Source of the DNA: Octopus sinensis
Taxonomy: Eukaryota
NCBI RefSeq assembly: GCF_006345805.1
Contig: NC_043012.1
Span: 4,340,001-4,404,000, forward strand
Direction: 5' to 3'
Length of the DNA: 64,000 bases
This document shows positions 37,780 through 50,089 of the stretch, piece by piece. Both the position numbers and the translations under genes were made by a program. The notes under the pieces were generated by a model, which was not told where the DNA came from, searched no databases, and was given only the letters and a program-made list of their open reading frames with translations. The number at the start of each line of letters is the position of its first letter. Position 1 is the first letter of the stretch.

Positions 37780-39075
37780 CATCATCATCATCATCATCGT
37801 CGTTTAACGTCCGTTCTCCATGCTAGCATGGGTTGGACGGTTCGACCGGGGTTCTGGGAAGCCAGAAGGCTGCACCAGGCTCCAGTCTAATTTGGCAATG
37901 TTTCTACAGCTGGATGCCCTTCCTAACGCCAACCACTCCGTGAGTGTAGTGGGTGCTTTTTACGTGCCACCTGCACAGGTGCCAGGCGGGGCTGGCAACG
38001 GCCACGGTCAGATTGGTGTATTTATGTGCCACCGGCACGGAAGCCAGTCGAGGCGGTGCTGGCATCGGCCACGAGTCGGATAGTGCTTTTTACGTACCAC
38101 CAGACCAGGGATCCTGGCTGGTTCAATTCGATTTCGATTTCGCTTGCCCCAACATGTCTTCACAAGCAAAGGGGGTTGGCAAGGGTGCTGTCGTACGGTC
38201 GCATTGGAGTATTTTACGTGCCACGGCCACGAGTCGGATAGTGCTTTTTACGTACCACCAGACCAGGGATCCTGGCTGTTCAATTCGATTTCGATTTCGA
38301 TTTCGCTTGCCCCAACATGTCTTCACAAGCAAAGGGGGTTGGCATGGGTGCCTGTCGTACGGTCGCATTGGAGTATTTTACGTGCCACGGCCCCGAGTCG
38401 GATAGTGCTTTTTACGTACCACCAGGCCAGGGATCCTGGCTGGTTCAATTCGGTTCGATTCGATTTCGATTTCGCTTGCCCCAACATGTCTTCGCAAGCA
38501 TGGGGGGTTGGGATGGGTGTCTGTCGTCGGATGAGGTTCTTATCGACTTCGCTTGCCTCAACCGGTCTTTGTGTCCAAGGGAGGAAAGGCATTCATAGTG
38601 GGCTGGGCTCACTTGTCCTGCCTGGTCTTCTCACGTACAGAATATTTCCAAAGGTCTCGGTCGCTGGTCATTTCCTCAGTGAGGCCTAAAGTTCGAAGGT
38701 CGTGCTTCACCACCTCGTCCCAGGTTCTCCTGGGTCTACCTCTTCCACGGGTTCCCTCAACTGCTAGGGATTGGCACTTTCTCACACACCTATCTTCATC
38801 CATTCTCGCCACATGACCATACCAGCGCAATCGTCTCTCTTGCACACCACAACTGATGCTTCTTAGGTACAACATTTCTCTCAAGGTGCTAACGCTCTGT
38901 CGAGTATGTACACTGACATTACACATCCATCGGAGCATACTGGCTTCATTCCTCACGAGCTTACGCATGTCCTCAGCAGTCACAGCCCATGTTTCGCTGC
39001 CATGTAGCATGGCTGTTCGTACACACGCATCATACAGTCTGCCTTTTACTCTGAGCGAGAGGCCTTTAGTCACCA
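37780..39075 (-). mobile_element. 5'-truncated RTE-clade LINE (ORF C-terminus, long 3' UTR, (GAT)n tail)
   Basis: Uninterrupted 155-aa frame 38609-39076: KGRLYDACVRTAMLHGSETW...RRLRWYGHVARM...RGRGRPRRTW, typical of the RTE C-terminus. The 3' UTR ends in (ATG)n at ~37780-37800. Confidence 0.9.
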
Positions 39076-39093
39076 AGTCAAGTAAATCGACCC

Positions 39094-39244
39094 AGGCGGT
39101 GCTCCAGCATGGCTGCAGTCAAATGACTGAAACAAGTAAAAAAGAGTATAAGAAAGCAGAATCATTCAGAAATGAAGTAGTCAAAGAATTCTTGAATATT
39201 TTGATTATAAGGATTAAAAAAAAAAGGTATTCAAGAAAAAAAAA
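39094..39244. repeat. Right arm of the 151-bp inverted repeat
   Basis: See 37628-37778; comprises a SINE A 3' end plus ~100 bp of apparently unique intron sequence. Confidence 0.92.
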
Positions 39245-39368
39245 ACAAAAACAAAAAAAACCCACCATTAAAAAAAATTTATTTTTTCATTATGAAGATT
39301 GTTGAAGATTTGCTTTTTATTTATTTTTATGTAATTTGTTTTATCTCAATATTTTCCTTCTGTTCTAG

Positions 39369-39429
39369 GCCAAATGCTAAAGATCACAAAGGCAAAGATG
39401 AAATCCGGCAGAGAAATGTCAGGACATGA
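39369..39429 (+). CDS. bsg: Basigin-like terminal coding exon
   Basis: TTCCTTCTGTTCTAG acceptor, phase 2 matching the previous donor; (M)PNAKDHKGKDEIRQRNVRT-stop with the RQRN motif typical of basigin/neuroplastin tails. The six exons plus one upstream base total 1014 nt = 338 codons. Confidence 0.9.
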
Positions 39430-39623
39430 AAGAAAGAGAAAGAGAGCTATTGAACTTTTATTATAATGATTACATTTTTTTATAGTTATTATTATTACTA
39501 CTACTATTACTACTACTACTATTATTATCATACACCCCCTCCCTCCCTCATGGATTTTTTGCGATCTCATTTCAGAATTGGATACTGTAGCGATTAAAAA
39601 AAATTTGTCTATCTATCTATCTA

Positions 39624-39654
<31 letters not shown>

Positions 39655-40609
39655 CTCTATCCATCTATCTATTATCTATCTCATCCTGTTTTAGTTGAAA
39701 ATTCTTAAACAAAATAAAAAATAACAAACAAACAAGGCTTGTATATTGGTCAGTACTCACTCATTCATTTACTCAATCTAAATGTAAAAAAATAAAAAAA
39801 ATAAAAGTGAGTGCTCAGTGAAATACTCCTACCACATTTCAACTCCTGTTGTACATTCCATCATGAAATAATTTGTATAGTACTCACAATCTGTAGTAAA
39901 AAATATCTGATAAGACTCTTTTTCTCTTCTTTCCTACTCTTCTGAAGAAAAATTTTCATGTGACCAATGTCTTGGATTCAAATTGAAATTTGGTGAATTT
40001 CAAATTTTTTTGTTTTAAGCTAGCTCACTCCTTTCCCCTGACACCCACTCCTGATGATTAAAATGCACTGTTGTAAAAAAAAAAAAAAAATTACTTGACT
40101 TGTCCCTTTAAAAAAATTATAAACATTGTTTCTAAAAAAAATATTCTCATGAAGAAGATAAAAAAAAAATCAAAATTTATTCTTGACTTATATTGTGGTT
40201 ATAAGCATAAGGAACAGCTATATACAAAAGACATGTCACCTACAAAAAAAAAATTGTTTTCAGTTTGAAGATTCCTAAAGATTTAGCCTTTTTTTTTTAG
40301 TCTTTTTCTGGGTGTCCAATTTTGAGTTACCAATAATACAATTACTTACTAAATGACAGCTAAGGGCTTTATTATTTTAAGATTATAATGGGTGTGCGTG
40401 TGTGTGTGTGCTTGTGCGTGTGTATATGTGTCTGTGGCAGCATGAAAATTGGTAATACTTGGATGATGTTTATTTTTACTCTTTTGGTTTAATTTATTGA
40501 GCCATTGTCAGTTAGTCTTGAGTGAATAATTTTAATAGTTGTATTAGCTAATATTTAACTCAAGAAACAACAGAAGTAAAAACATTATTATTATTATTAT
40601 TATTATTAT

Positions 40610-41070
40610 CAAGGTGGCGAGCTGGCAGAATCGTTAGCACGCAGGGCAGAAATGCTTAACAGTATTTTGTCCATCTTGGGTTCTGAGTTCAAACTCTGCT
40701 GAGGTCGACTTTGCTTTTCTTCCTTTCGGGGTTCGATAAAATAAGTACTGGGGTTGATGTGATTGACTCTCTCCCTCCCCACAAATGCCAGGCCTTGTGC
40801 CTTTGGTAAAAAGGATTATTATTATTATTTTTATCATCATTATTATTATTATTATTAAGGCGGTTAATTGGCAGAATTGTTAGCATGCTGGGCAAAGTTC
40901 TTAGTGACATTTTGTCACTTTGGATTTCAAATTCCGCTGAGGTCAACTTAGCCTTTCATCCTTTCGGGGTCGATAAAATAAGTAGCAGTTGAACACTGGG
41001 ATTGAGTTAGTCCCTCCCCCCAAAATTGCTGGCCTTGGGCCAAAATTTGAAACCATTATTGTTATTATTA
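40610..41070 (+). mobile_element. Two tandem SINE family B copies embedded in (ATT)n
   Basis: AAGGTGGCGAGCTGGCAGAATCGTTAGC...GAGTTCAAA...GGGGTTCGATAAAATAAGTAC...GGCCTTG, each ending in (ATT)n. Confidence 0.8.
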
Positions 41071-41229
41071 TTGATTTTTTTTTTGTTTGAATTTTGAGAT
41101 TTCACAAAATTTTTATTTACCTTTTGCTAAAATAAGTAAAAAGAAAGTTAACTAATCAGGACTTAGTAGCTGTGGGATGCTAACAAACAAACACACACAC
41201 ACATATCACATGATCATATGATAGACCAA

Positions 41230-41500
41230 ACTGTTGGATGTTGTTATACACCACTGGTCACAATGCGCTTTGCGTTTTTAGCTTTTGAATGATACCATCC
41301 CACTGGCTGGGCAAGCAGGCCAACATTCCCTGTAATCGGAATGTTAATCCATCACAGGGTCAGCCATTTACAGCTGAGTGGACTGGAGCAACAGGAAATG
41401 AAGTGACTTGCTCAAGAACACAATGCATTGCCTGATCTGGCAATCGAACCCATGATCTTGCGATCGTGAGTGGAGCACCCTAACAACTGGGCCATGCACC
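41230..41500 (-). mobile_element. SINE family D
   Basis: Reverse complement has a tRNA-like GGGTTCGATT followed by TTGTGTTCTTGAGCAAGTCACTT. Confidence 0.65.
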
Positions 41501-41503
41501 TTC

Positions 41504-41536
<33 letters not shown>

Positions 41537-41791
41537 CACACACACACACACACACACGCACACACATTTGTATCAAGATGATTAATTTCTGTTACTGCCT
41601 GAAAGACTATATTCAGTAAGAAAACTCTGAGTACCAATGGGATGAATTGCCAGCTTCATATGGATAAATATATTCTACAGCATGTATCGAGCAATCTTTC
41701 TCTTGTTTATTAAGCAAGTGTGTGTCTGTTTATGATGATGATGATGATAGTGATAGTGAGAAATATATATATGTATGTGTGTGTGTATGTG

Positions 41792-41868
<77 letters not shown>

Positions 41869-41960
41869 ACTAATGTAGGATAAAATTCTTTTTTTTTTTT
41901 TTCGGAAAAAAAATTTTATCAATGGCCAGCATATCAAAAAATACATTTAAAGGTTAAATT

Positions 41961-42120
41961 TATAAATAATTTACAAAATGAGGGCACAAGAAAAATTCTA
42001 ATGCCAAATATGCCGAAAGAAAGACAAAAATTGTCAAATAACCATTATAATTTTTGTCTTTCTTTCGGCATATTTGGCATTAGAATTTTTCTTTTGCCCT
42101 TATTTTGTAAATTATTTATA
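41961..42120. other. Long hairpin: 72-bp arms, 16-nt loop, 2 mismatches
   Basis: 41961-42032 is the reverse complement of 42049-42120 except at two positions (one is G-U on the + strand transcript); loop GTCAAATAACCATTAT. Confidence 0.9.
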
Positions 42121-42841
42121 TATATATATATATGTATATGTGTGTGTGTATATATAAGGTTGAATGAGGTATATGTTTTGGCTTGGCTGTAATCATATTT
42201 CTTTAACCAGAAAACTCAATTCCAACAACCCCACCCCGGGGTGGCTTCTGTCTCTCCTGAATTATACCCACTTAATTTGACACATTTACGTGTTCTGCTT
42301 CTTAGCCATGCAGCTGACACACACGAAGAGTCTCATGCGTTTTTCAACCACAAATACTACCCCTTTATATACATACACAAATTTAATACACTTTTTGTAC
42401 ATTTCTTCCACAGATATCAACAGTCATTGGGGTTGATTTTAATGATTTTAATTAGTAAAAAAAAGAAAAAAAGTCAAAATTTCCACTCTGAAATTTATCG
42501 TATAAAACATAATCACATGTAATATGAACACAGTAGATAATGACGTCACCTGTGTAGATTTAGATATATTTTAGAATTAAAATCTTTTCAAAAATGAATG
42601 ATCTAATTGAAACACTTTAAGTTGATATTGAACCACTGTAATATTGATGATGATGATGATGATGGCAGTAAAATGGTAAAATTTGTAGTGCCAGACTCTG
42701 TTGCACAGTGTCCTGCGTCACTTAGTTATACTGCTGTGTGGTCAATTAAGTATATGCTAGTCATGTAAAGAGGGTTATTTAAATTGACTCTATCCCCTAT
42801 TTCACTCCTATACAAATCTGGAGGTCTTACTCCAATGTAAG

Positions 42842-42877
<36 letters not shown>

Positions 42878-42949
42878 CATTATTATAAAGGTGTTGGATT
42901 GATAGACTCAATATTCAACTGAATAAAAGAAATCATGTGTTATTCAGTT

Positions 42950-43540
42950 GTATCCTTTTTGTTCTGAGTTCAAATCCTGCCAAGGTGGGTCGATAAAATA
43001 AAGTACCAGTTAAATACTGGGGATCGATATAAATAGATTAGCCCCCCCCCCCAACTCCCCTTAAAATTATTGGCTTTGTGCCTAAATTAGAAATTATTAT
43101 TATTATTAAGGTGGTGAGCTGGCAGAATCATTAGCATGCTGGGCAAAATGCTTATCAGCACATCTTACTTGTCCTTGTATTCTAAGTTCAAATTCTGCCG
43201 AGACTGATTTTGCCTTTCACCCTTCTGGGTTCAATAAAATAGTACCAGTTGAGCACTGGGGTTGATGTAATTGACTAGGTCCCTCCCACAAAATTTCATG
43301 CCTTGTCCCTTCAGTAGAAATTATCATTGTTATTATTATTAGGGCAGTGGATTGGCAGAATTGTTTAAGCATTTGGATCATTATTACCTTAAGCTCAAAT
43401 CCCGATTAGGCAGATTTTGACTTTTATCCTTATGGTTGTTGGGGGCGGGGGTCGACAAAATTACCAGTGAGGTACTCAATTTGATAGAATCAACTATTCT
43501 CTCCATCCCCACACGAATTTGTGGCATTGTGCTAATTATT
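42950..43540 (+). mobile_element. Three tandem SINE family B copies
   Basis: Repeated family B bodies separated by (ATT)n. Confidence 0.75.
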
Positions 43541-44503
43541 ATAGTTTGAAACCATCCTGATTTTTTTCAGTATTATCCTTAAAGATATTATTGAGGAAAA
43601 ATGGGGCTGGATTGAAATTTCTACAGAATTGTTTTTCTGTACCAATCATTTTTCATGTCTCTAATCAAAATTTAAAAAATTGAAATAATAATAATAATAA
43701 TAAATTTATATATGTTAATCCATACACAAGGCACTAGCACAATACTGTTGTTTTGGGGTTTTTTCTCCCTTTCTGTTAATGTAGTGAGTTAACAGTTAAT
43801 GAATATTGAAATTAATTAATTTTTGTCTCCCTTCTCATCACCTTAAAGTTTTAATTTTATTTCCATTAAATATTTCATTGATTAGCTTTACTCTCAATTT
43901 TGTTAAGTGGTTATTGTTATTATCATCAATTTTTGCTGTTTTCTACCTCTTTTTTTCCCTCCTCACCCTCGTTCTCTCTTTCTTTCTTGACAATTTTTTT
44001 TTATTTTGTAAATTACTTTATAATTACTTTAATTGCAATGCATGTTTGTGGGAATAACACTCAAAATGATTTCTTCTGTTGTTTTTCTTTTCTCTCTCTC
44101 TCTTTTTTTTTTGATTAAATATTTCAATTGATTAACTCTTTTGATTACTAAAAAAAAAAGAAAAATACAAATGACAAATTTTTGTTTTATTGATTGGCTT
44201 CCTGTGTCTGGTTTAAAAAAAAATTCCTGAAAAACAAAAACAAAAAAAAAAACCTTAAAAAAACCTCCAAGAACGAAAGAAAGAAAGAAAGAACCAAACA
44301 GCCATGTTTAAATTTGAGAGGCCATAATAATTGTAGGTACACTACAGTATAAGTTTGGTTAAATTCTTGAAAACTTTGATTTGTTCCAATATTTTTTTCT
44401 CTCTGAAACTATATTTGATGAAACTGTTCTCATTTTCTTCTATCTTCTCTTAATTTCTCTCTTTCCTTATTTCTTTTTCGGTCTCTACCTGTCTGTTTCT
44501 TTC

Positions 44504-44547
<44 letters not shown>

Positions 44548-44567
44548 TACATAGATACACACATATA

Positions 44568-44598
<31 letters not shown>

Positions 44599-45597
44599 CT
44601 TACATACATACATATGCATATATATATATATATATATTATATATTGTCGTTAATATATATATATATATAAACTAGCTGTGGTTGATGTAGGTGTAAAACA
44701 CTCTCTCTGTTTTGGAAGTGTAATATAACTGAATCACTGCCCTCTCTCCCTTCTTTTTCTTTCAAACTACTTCTACATATCTTTCTCTGATTTTAACTTT
44801 AGCTCTTCCCTTTCACCCTCACCTTTTTTTTTTTTTTTTTTGTTAATATCTCTGTATCTCTCATTCTTTTTCTGATCCTAGTGATTGTTACAAACTGAAG
44901 AATTGCTTCAAATATTCTCTTGAACTCATTTTCTCTTGTGTGAAATTTAGCTGTCTCTCTCTCTCTCTCTCTCTCACAATGCTTGTGATAATGGAGGGAA
45001 CACAATTTTAGTTAACATGGTTTTGTTTTTTTTTTTCTGTTCTCATCAACTGAAAAGTTGTTTAACTCTTTCATTACCATTACCCGTGGTTCTATGATGA
45101 TTAATACCAAACCTCTCCTTTTAAATTGATTATATTTAAATTAAAAACTTTCATCTACAATTTTAAGAAAGAACTTTTTTGTTAAACGTTGTTACTAACA
45201 CCAGTTAAATAACTTTTAGATATTTTTACTAAATCCCTCCAAATTCTTGATTATTTTCAATATCTATTGGAAGCCATAGTAAGTAAATTTCATTAAAAAT
45301 ATGACTATGAAAGAGTTAACCTTTAATTTTTTTTTTTAAATACAATAAAAAAAATATGCAAAGCTCAAGAAATGTTAGAATTCTTAGATATTTGTTACAA
45401 ACATTAGCTGAATCAAATGCAGGAATGCTATCTTATCCATTTTTGCTCTTATCACTGAATTTCTGGAGTGATTGTGAAGGTTGGTCTGTTAATATTTTTT
45501 TTTCTTCTTTTCATTTTCCTCTTGTGATGAGCAGTTCTTGTAGAAGAGGATGTGAAATGACAAATTTATAATTGTTAACATGTAAACTGGATATTTC

Positions 45598-45603
45598 AAT
45601 AAA
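45598..45603 (+). terminator. Candidate distal polyadenylation signal (AATAAA) of the basigin-like gene
   Basis: AATAAA followed by T-rich sequence at the end of a UTR-textured region; proximal AATAAA also at 39713. Inference. Confidence 0.3.
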
Positions 45604-46145
45604 CATTTTAAAACTTGTAATTTATTTTAACCACTTTTTTAACGGTAAGGCATCAGACTATTTGGGTACAGGGGTCACAGCTTCAGAATTTAACCCGGAT
45701 GAGCCATTTTTAGTTGTTCTCTTGAGTGACCTATATTATATAAAATAAACTCAGACCTGCCTCACTTTGCCTGGCTGACGAGTTACATTTATATTAAAGT
45801 ATATTAAATATACTTAGTTTGTCTGGCTGACAACAAGTTCCACTCTTATTTTGGGCAACCCTTTTGATACCATTTTGTTTGAGGCTGCCCCTTGTTCTAT
45901 AATATGTTTTATGTTCATTTTTCCATGCTAGCATGGGTTAGATGAATATGTTACAGAAACATTCTAGTCTTATAGCAGAACTTCTTCCTTTCACTAATTT
46001 TTGTCTATTTCTCAAGTAAGGGACACGTTTCTTTGAAGGTGCAGGAAATGACATCTGTCATTGCTTGTAGTTCTGATTTTCAGAGAAGCACAAATGTAAC
46101 CAACCAATCAAACTAATATGCACACACACACGTCTGTCTGTCTGT

Positions 46146-46620
46146 CCCACTGCGTGGCATCATGGGCAAGTGTCTTCTGCTATAGCCCCGGGCCAACCAA
46201 TGCCTTGTGAGTGGATTTGGTAGACGGAAACTCAAAGAAGCCCATCGTATGTATGTGTTTGTGTGTCTGTGTTTGTCCCCCTAGCATTGCTTGACAACCG
46301 ATGCTGGTGTATTCACGTCCCCATCACTTAGCGGTTCAGCAAAGGAGACCGATAGAATAAGTACTGGGCTTACAAAGAATAAGTCCCGGGGTCGATTTGC
46401 TCGACTAAAGGCAGTGCTCCAGCATGGCCGCAGTCAAATGACTGAAACAAGTGAAAAAAAATACATATATATATACGTATACATATATACGACGTGCCTC
46501 TTTCAGTTTCTGTCTACCAAATCCACTCACATGGCTTTGGTTGGCCTGAGGCTATAGTAGAAGACACTTGCCTAAGGTGCCATGAGGCTGGTAAGCAAGC
46601 TTCTTACCACACCGCCACTC
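46146..46620. mobile_element. Inverted pair of SINE family A copies (+ 46146-46455; - 46495-46620)
   Basis: A forward body followed about 40 bp later by a reverse-complement 5' half. Confidence 0.75.
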
Positions 46621-46684
46621 CTATTCTTATAAGTCTATTTTGAAAAATTATTTTAAAAATGAGTTGAAGCATATTGACAACATA

Positions 46685-47077
46685 TCTATATATATAAAAG
46701 TGAGGTTGTGTGGTGTCTGTCTCCTACGATTTAGATTCCTAACTACTCCCACATTTTGTGGTGCAGTTTAACCAAAAGCGGGTATCTTATAGTCGTGATT
46801 CATATCGAGCCCTTCTGGGTATTAGCATGAGTCTACGATTTTAAAAAAATTTACCATCATTTTATTCTATTTTTAATGCATTTTTTTTGCTATTATATAA
46901 GGGAAGTAATTCTCTAAAAATGTCTACGATGAGTCTATGATTTAAAAAAAAATTTACCATAATTTTTTTCTATTTTTAATGCATTATTTTGCTATTATAG
47001 AAGGGAAGTAACTCTCTAAAAATGCTTATATAGTTATTTCCCTTACAAATTGAAGCAACGCCGGGCGATACTGCTAG
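46685..47077 (+). mobile_element. Non-autonomous Helitron
   Basis: Inserted between A and T; 5' TCTATATATATAAAA; 3' GAAGCAACGCCGGGCGATACTGCTAG; internal ~100-bp tandem duplication (~46829-47025). Confidence 0.8.
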
Positions 47078-48470
47078 TTTAATTATAAATATGACCATGA
47101 AGGGATTTAGCCTGGCTTCTGTTCATGTTTCATGGTTGATTGATGCGCAATAAGAACAAGTATTTAACTGGAAAACATTTAATATAACCATTGTCCCTTG
47201 CATTCATATTAGTATGGAAAATTATTTTCTGGCATACAAATCAACATGGTGTATAAAACATTCAAACATTGTTAGTATCTTTGTAAATGTTGCATTTCTA
47301 AATCTCTCAGAGTTATGCAGTTGCAGCATGATAAAATGATGGCTTGTTGCCAACTTAATGTGGAAGTCCTAGGAAAGGGAAGAATGCTGCTGTTATTTAA
47401 TCCCAAGAAAAACTGTTTCCAGTTGGCTATGTGACACAAGCGTTATGTGTCCTTAAGCTTTCAAACAGGGGAGATAAGCACCTCCACCCAACAAAGCCAG
47501 CATCCAGAGACTAGTTTCAGTGTAATTGCCCTTCATCATTGTATCTTCCCAAATGTTGCTGCATTTCCCATCAGAATCTGTGTGTATATGAGGAGAGAAA
47601 GAGAGATATTCTTGCTCTCTGCCTTGACTTTACTTGTTGTAAATGAGTGTCACCATCATATAAGCTGTCATTTATTTCCTATATTCCACAAAAATATGTC
47701 CAGCTATGGGAAGATATTTGTTTGGAAATAGGTGAGGGTTGGTGACAGGAAGGGCATCTGGCTCTAGAAAATCTGCCTCAACAAATTCTACCCCACCCAT
47801 GCAAACAAGGAAAAGTTGATGTTAAAATGATATTGATTGTGATATGTATTAAAATACTATTTCAAAATGCAAGTGAATATAACAGTTCCTGTTAGTTTAA
47901 AATTAGCTATTTTGATTGATTCTTCCAAGATGAAATGGTTTCAAGTTCAATACCCATGTTCCCAGATAAGACATCAAAGACATTAGATTGATGCTAAGTG
48001 GATAGCCATGTTGGCTTGAATGTTTTTTTTTTTTTCTAATCTAAAAAATGTTACTGCCTGGTTGAGAAGCTTGCTTTTTAAAACCATGTGGTCTTGGTAT
48101 CTTGTGAATGCTTTTGGTAGATGGAAACTGGAAGAAGCCCATTGTATATGTATATGTGTGTATATGAACTCTTGTCTAGACATCATGTGATGATTTTAAA
48201 TAAGCATTACCACCATAAATGTGATATTGCTTGTTTCCTGTCTTCTGTGGAAAACGTGTTTGGTGATGGGGAAATATCACCTTACTCGGAAACAAGTGAA
48301 GGTTGCAACAAAAAGGGCAACAAATTCAGTCTGACTGATGGAAAAGTGGACATCAAAACGATGACAATGGTGATGATGATGAATGCTGCCCTTCTCTAAT
48401 CCTTTGTAATCTTTGTAAAGCCTCCATTAGTGGTGGGTTGAAAAGAGGTAGAACATGTCTAACAGATCAC

Positions 48471-48699
48471 TTAACCCTTTAGCATTTAAACCGGCCGTAT
48501 CCGGCCAAAAGTATTCTTCCTGTTTTATGTTCAAAATGGCCAGATCTGGTCTCTCACACCAACCCTACAATATCATCTTAAAAATTAACAGTTACCTCAC
48601 CAAAATCTCAAAGCTACAAGATAATGCATAATTAGTTCAAGGCAATGTGGATGAAAAAGCATTAATTTTGGTAGAATAATGTGAACAGTAAAGGGTTAA
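48471..48699. mobile_element. TTAA-flanked piggyBac-like MITE, family 2
   Basis: TTAA-CCCTTTAGCATT ... AGTAAAGGG-TTAA. Confidence 0.8.
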
Positions 48700-50089
48700 A
48701 TAAGCATCACATCAAGGTATAAAGTTATCCTTAGACTAAGACTTAGTTAAATGCACAAACAGAGTAAACACCAACCTAGGGTCAGATGGTGATGTTGAAC
48801 CAGCAATTGGTGAACTCTATCAACTGAATGCTTTGACAAATTATGTGGCAAGGTTCAGCACAGTTTCCATCTATCAAATTTCACTCGCAAGGCTTGGGTC
48901 TACTTGTATGTATCTATTTGCTTTGTTCAGGTCACAATTTGTGAACGAGTGTTGTTGGTTACATGTTTCCATGAGCCAGTCACCAGCTCAGTGGATTTCT
49001 GGTGGCCAGAGTAATATGGAAAGTGTTGCTGGTTTTAAGGTACCTCACCCATGTTTATGTCCATTGGCAAAAGTTATACACACGCAAATACAACAGGTTT
49101 CTGCACCGTTCCCATCAACAAACTCCCACTCGCATGGCATTGGACAACCTGAAGCAATAGTGAATTGTCCAAAGTGCAGCATGGTGGGTGAGATCGAACC
49201 TGGATCCATGTGACTGAGACATGAACTTCTTAACACTAATGCTATGAGCCCATCGTTACATAACTTTTGCATACATATAAAGGGTCAAGTGTGGTTGTGT
49301 GGAAGCACAGGCATGGCTGTCTAGTAAGAAGTTTGCTTGTCAGCCACATGGTTTCAGATCTAGTATCACTGTGAGGCACCTTGGGCAAGTGTCATCGATT
49401 ATAACCCTGGGCTGCCCAAAGCCTTGTGAGTTGATCTGGTAGATGGAAACCAAATGAAGCCAAAAAAAAACAAAAACAATTTCACCCAGCACTCACTATT
49501 TTCCTCGCATTCTGGTCTAATGACCCTCCATGTTTGTTTTCATTTGGTTTCCTTGTATGTCTCTGTCATTTTTTGTTCCTAATTTTGACCCTCCATAAAT
49601 CCTAAATTTTATGGGAGCAACTATCTTTGAAGACTCATGTTGTCGTTGAATGCACCAGTTCTGCCATCTTCTGCTGTCATATCCATGTATTTGTTCAACA
49701 CAGAATAATGTCACAGATTCAATCAACCTTGCTTGATATAATGTTGATTATGTACAAAGCTCACACACCACACACACACTCAGCACTCAACACACACAAA
49801 CATTGAGACAAAGACAAAACGATTATTATTGTTATCATCTATGCATTGATGCCAAAGGATGTTCTTTTATACCTATTATCTGTCATGCTAAGGGGAGTAA
49901 CTCAAACAGCAAAAAAAAACAAAACCAGCCAATAGTTATGGTAGTGGTGGTAGTTATGCAGAGTTGATGGAATACATCAGTACAAAAAAAAAATATGCAT
50001 CCAAAAAATTATACAGTAACCTCCTTGATGAAAAACCAAAGGAGGAAGCACAAAAAATTTCAAACAGTAAGTAACTCTCAGTTCCTTAC

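Noticed and set aside
37820-38816. Cluster of overlapping 70-180 aa ORFs
   Set aside because: They are the antisense or 3' UTR of the RTE element and its GC-rich tandem units; only 38609-39076 (-) has recognisable protein motifs.
45522-45600. C/D snoRNA (TGATGA box)
   Set aside because: No matching CTGA D box or terminal stem found.
49517-49726. 69-aa ORF upstream of the Tx1-like element
   Set aside because: No recognisable motif; opposite strand to the LINE; insufficient support.
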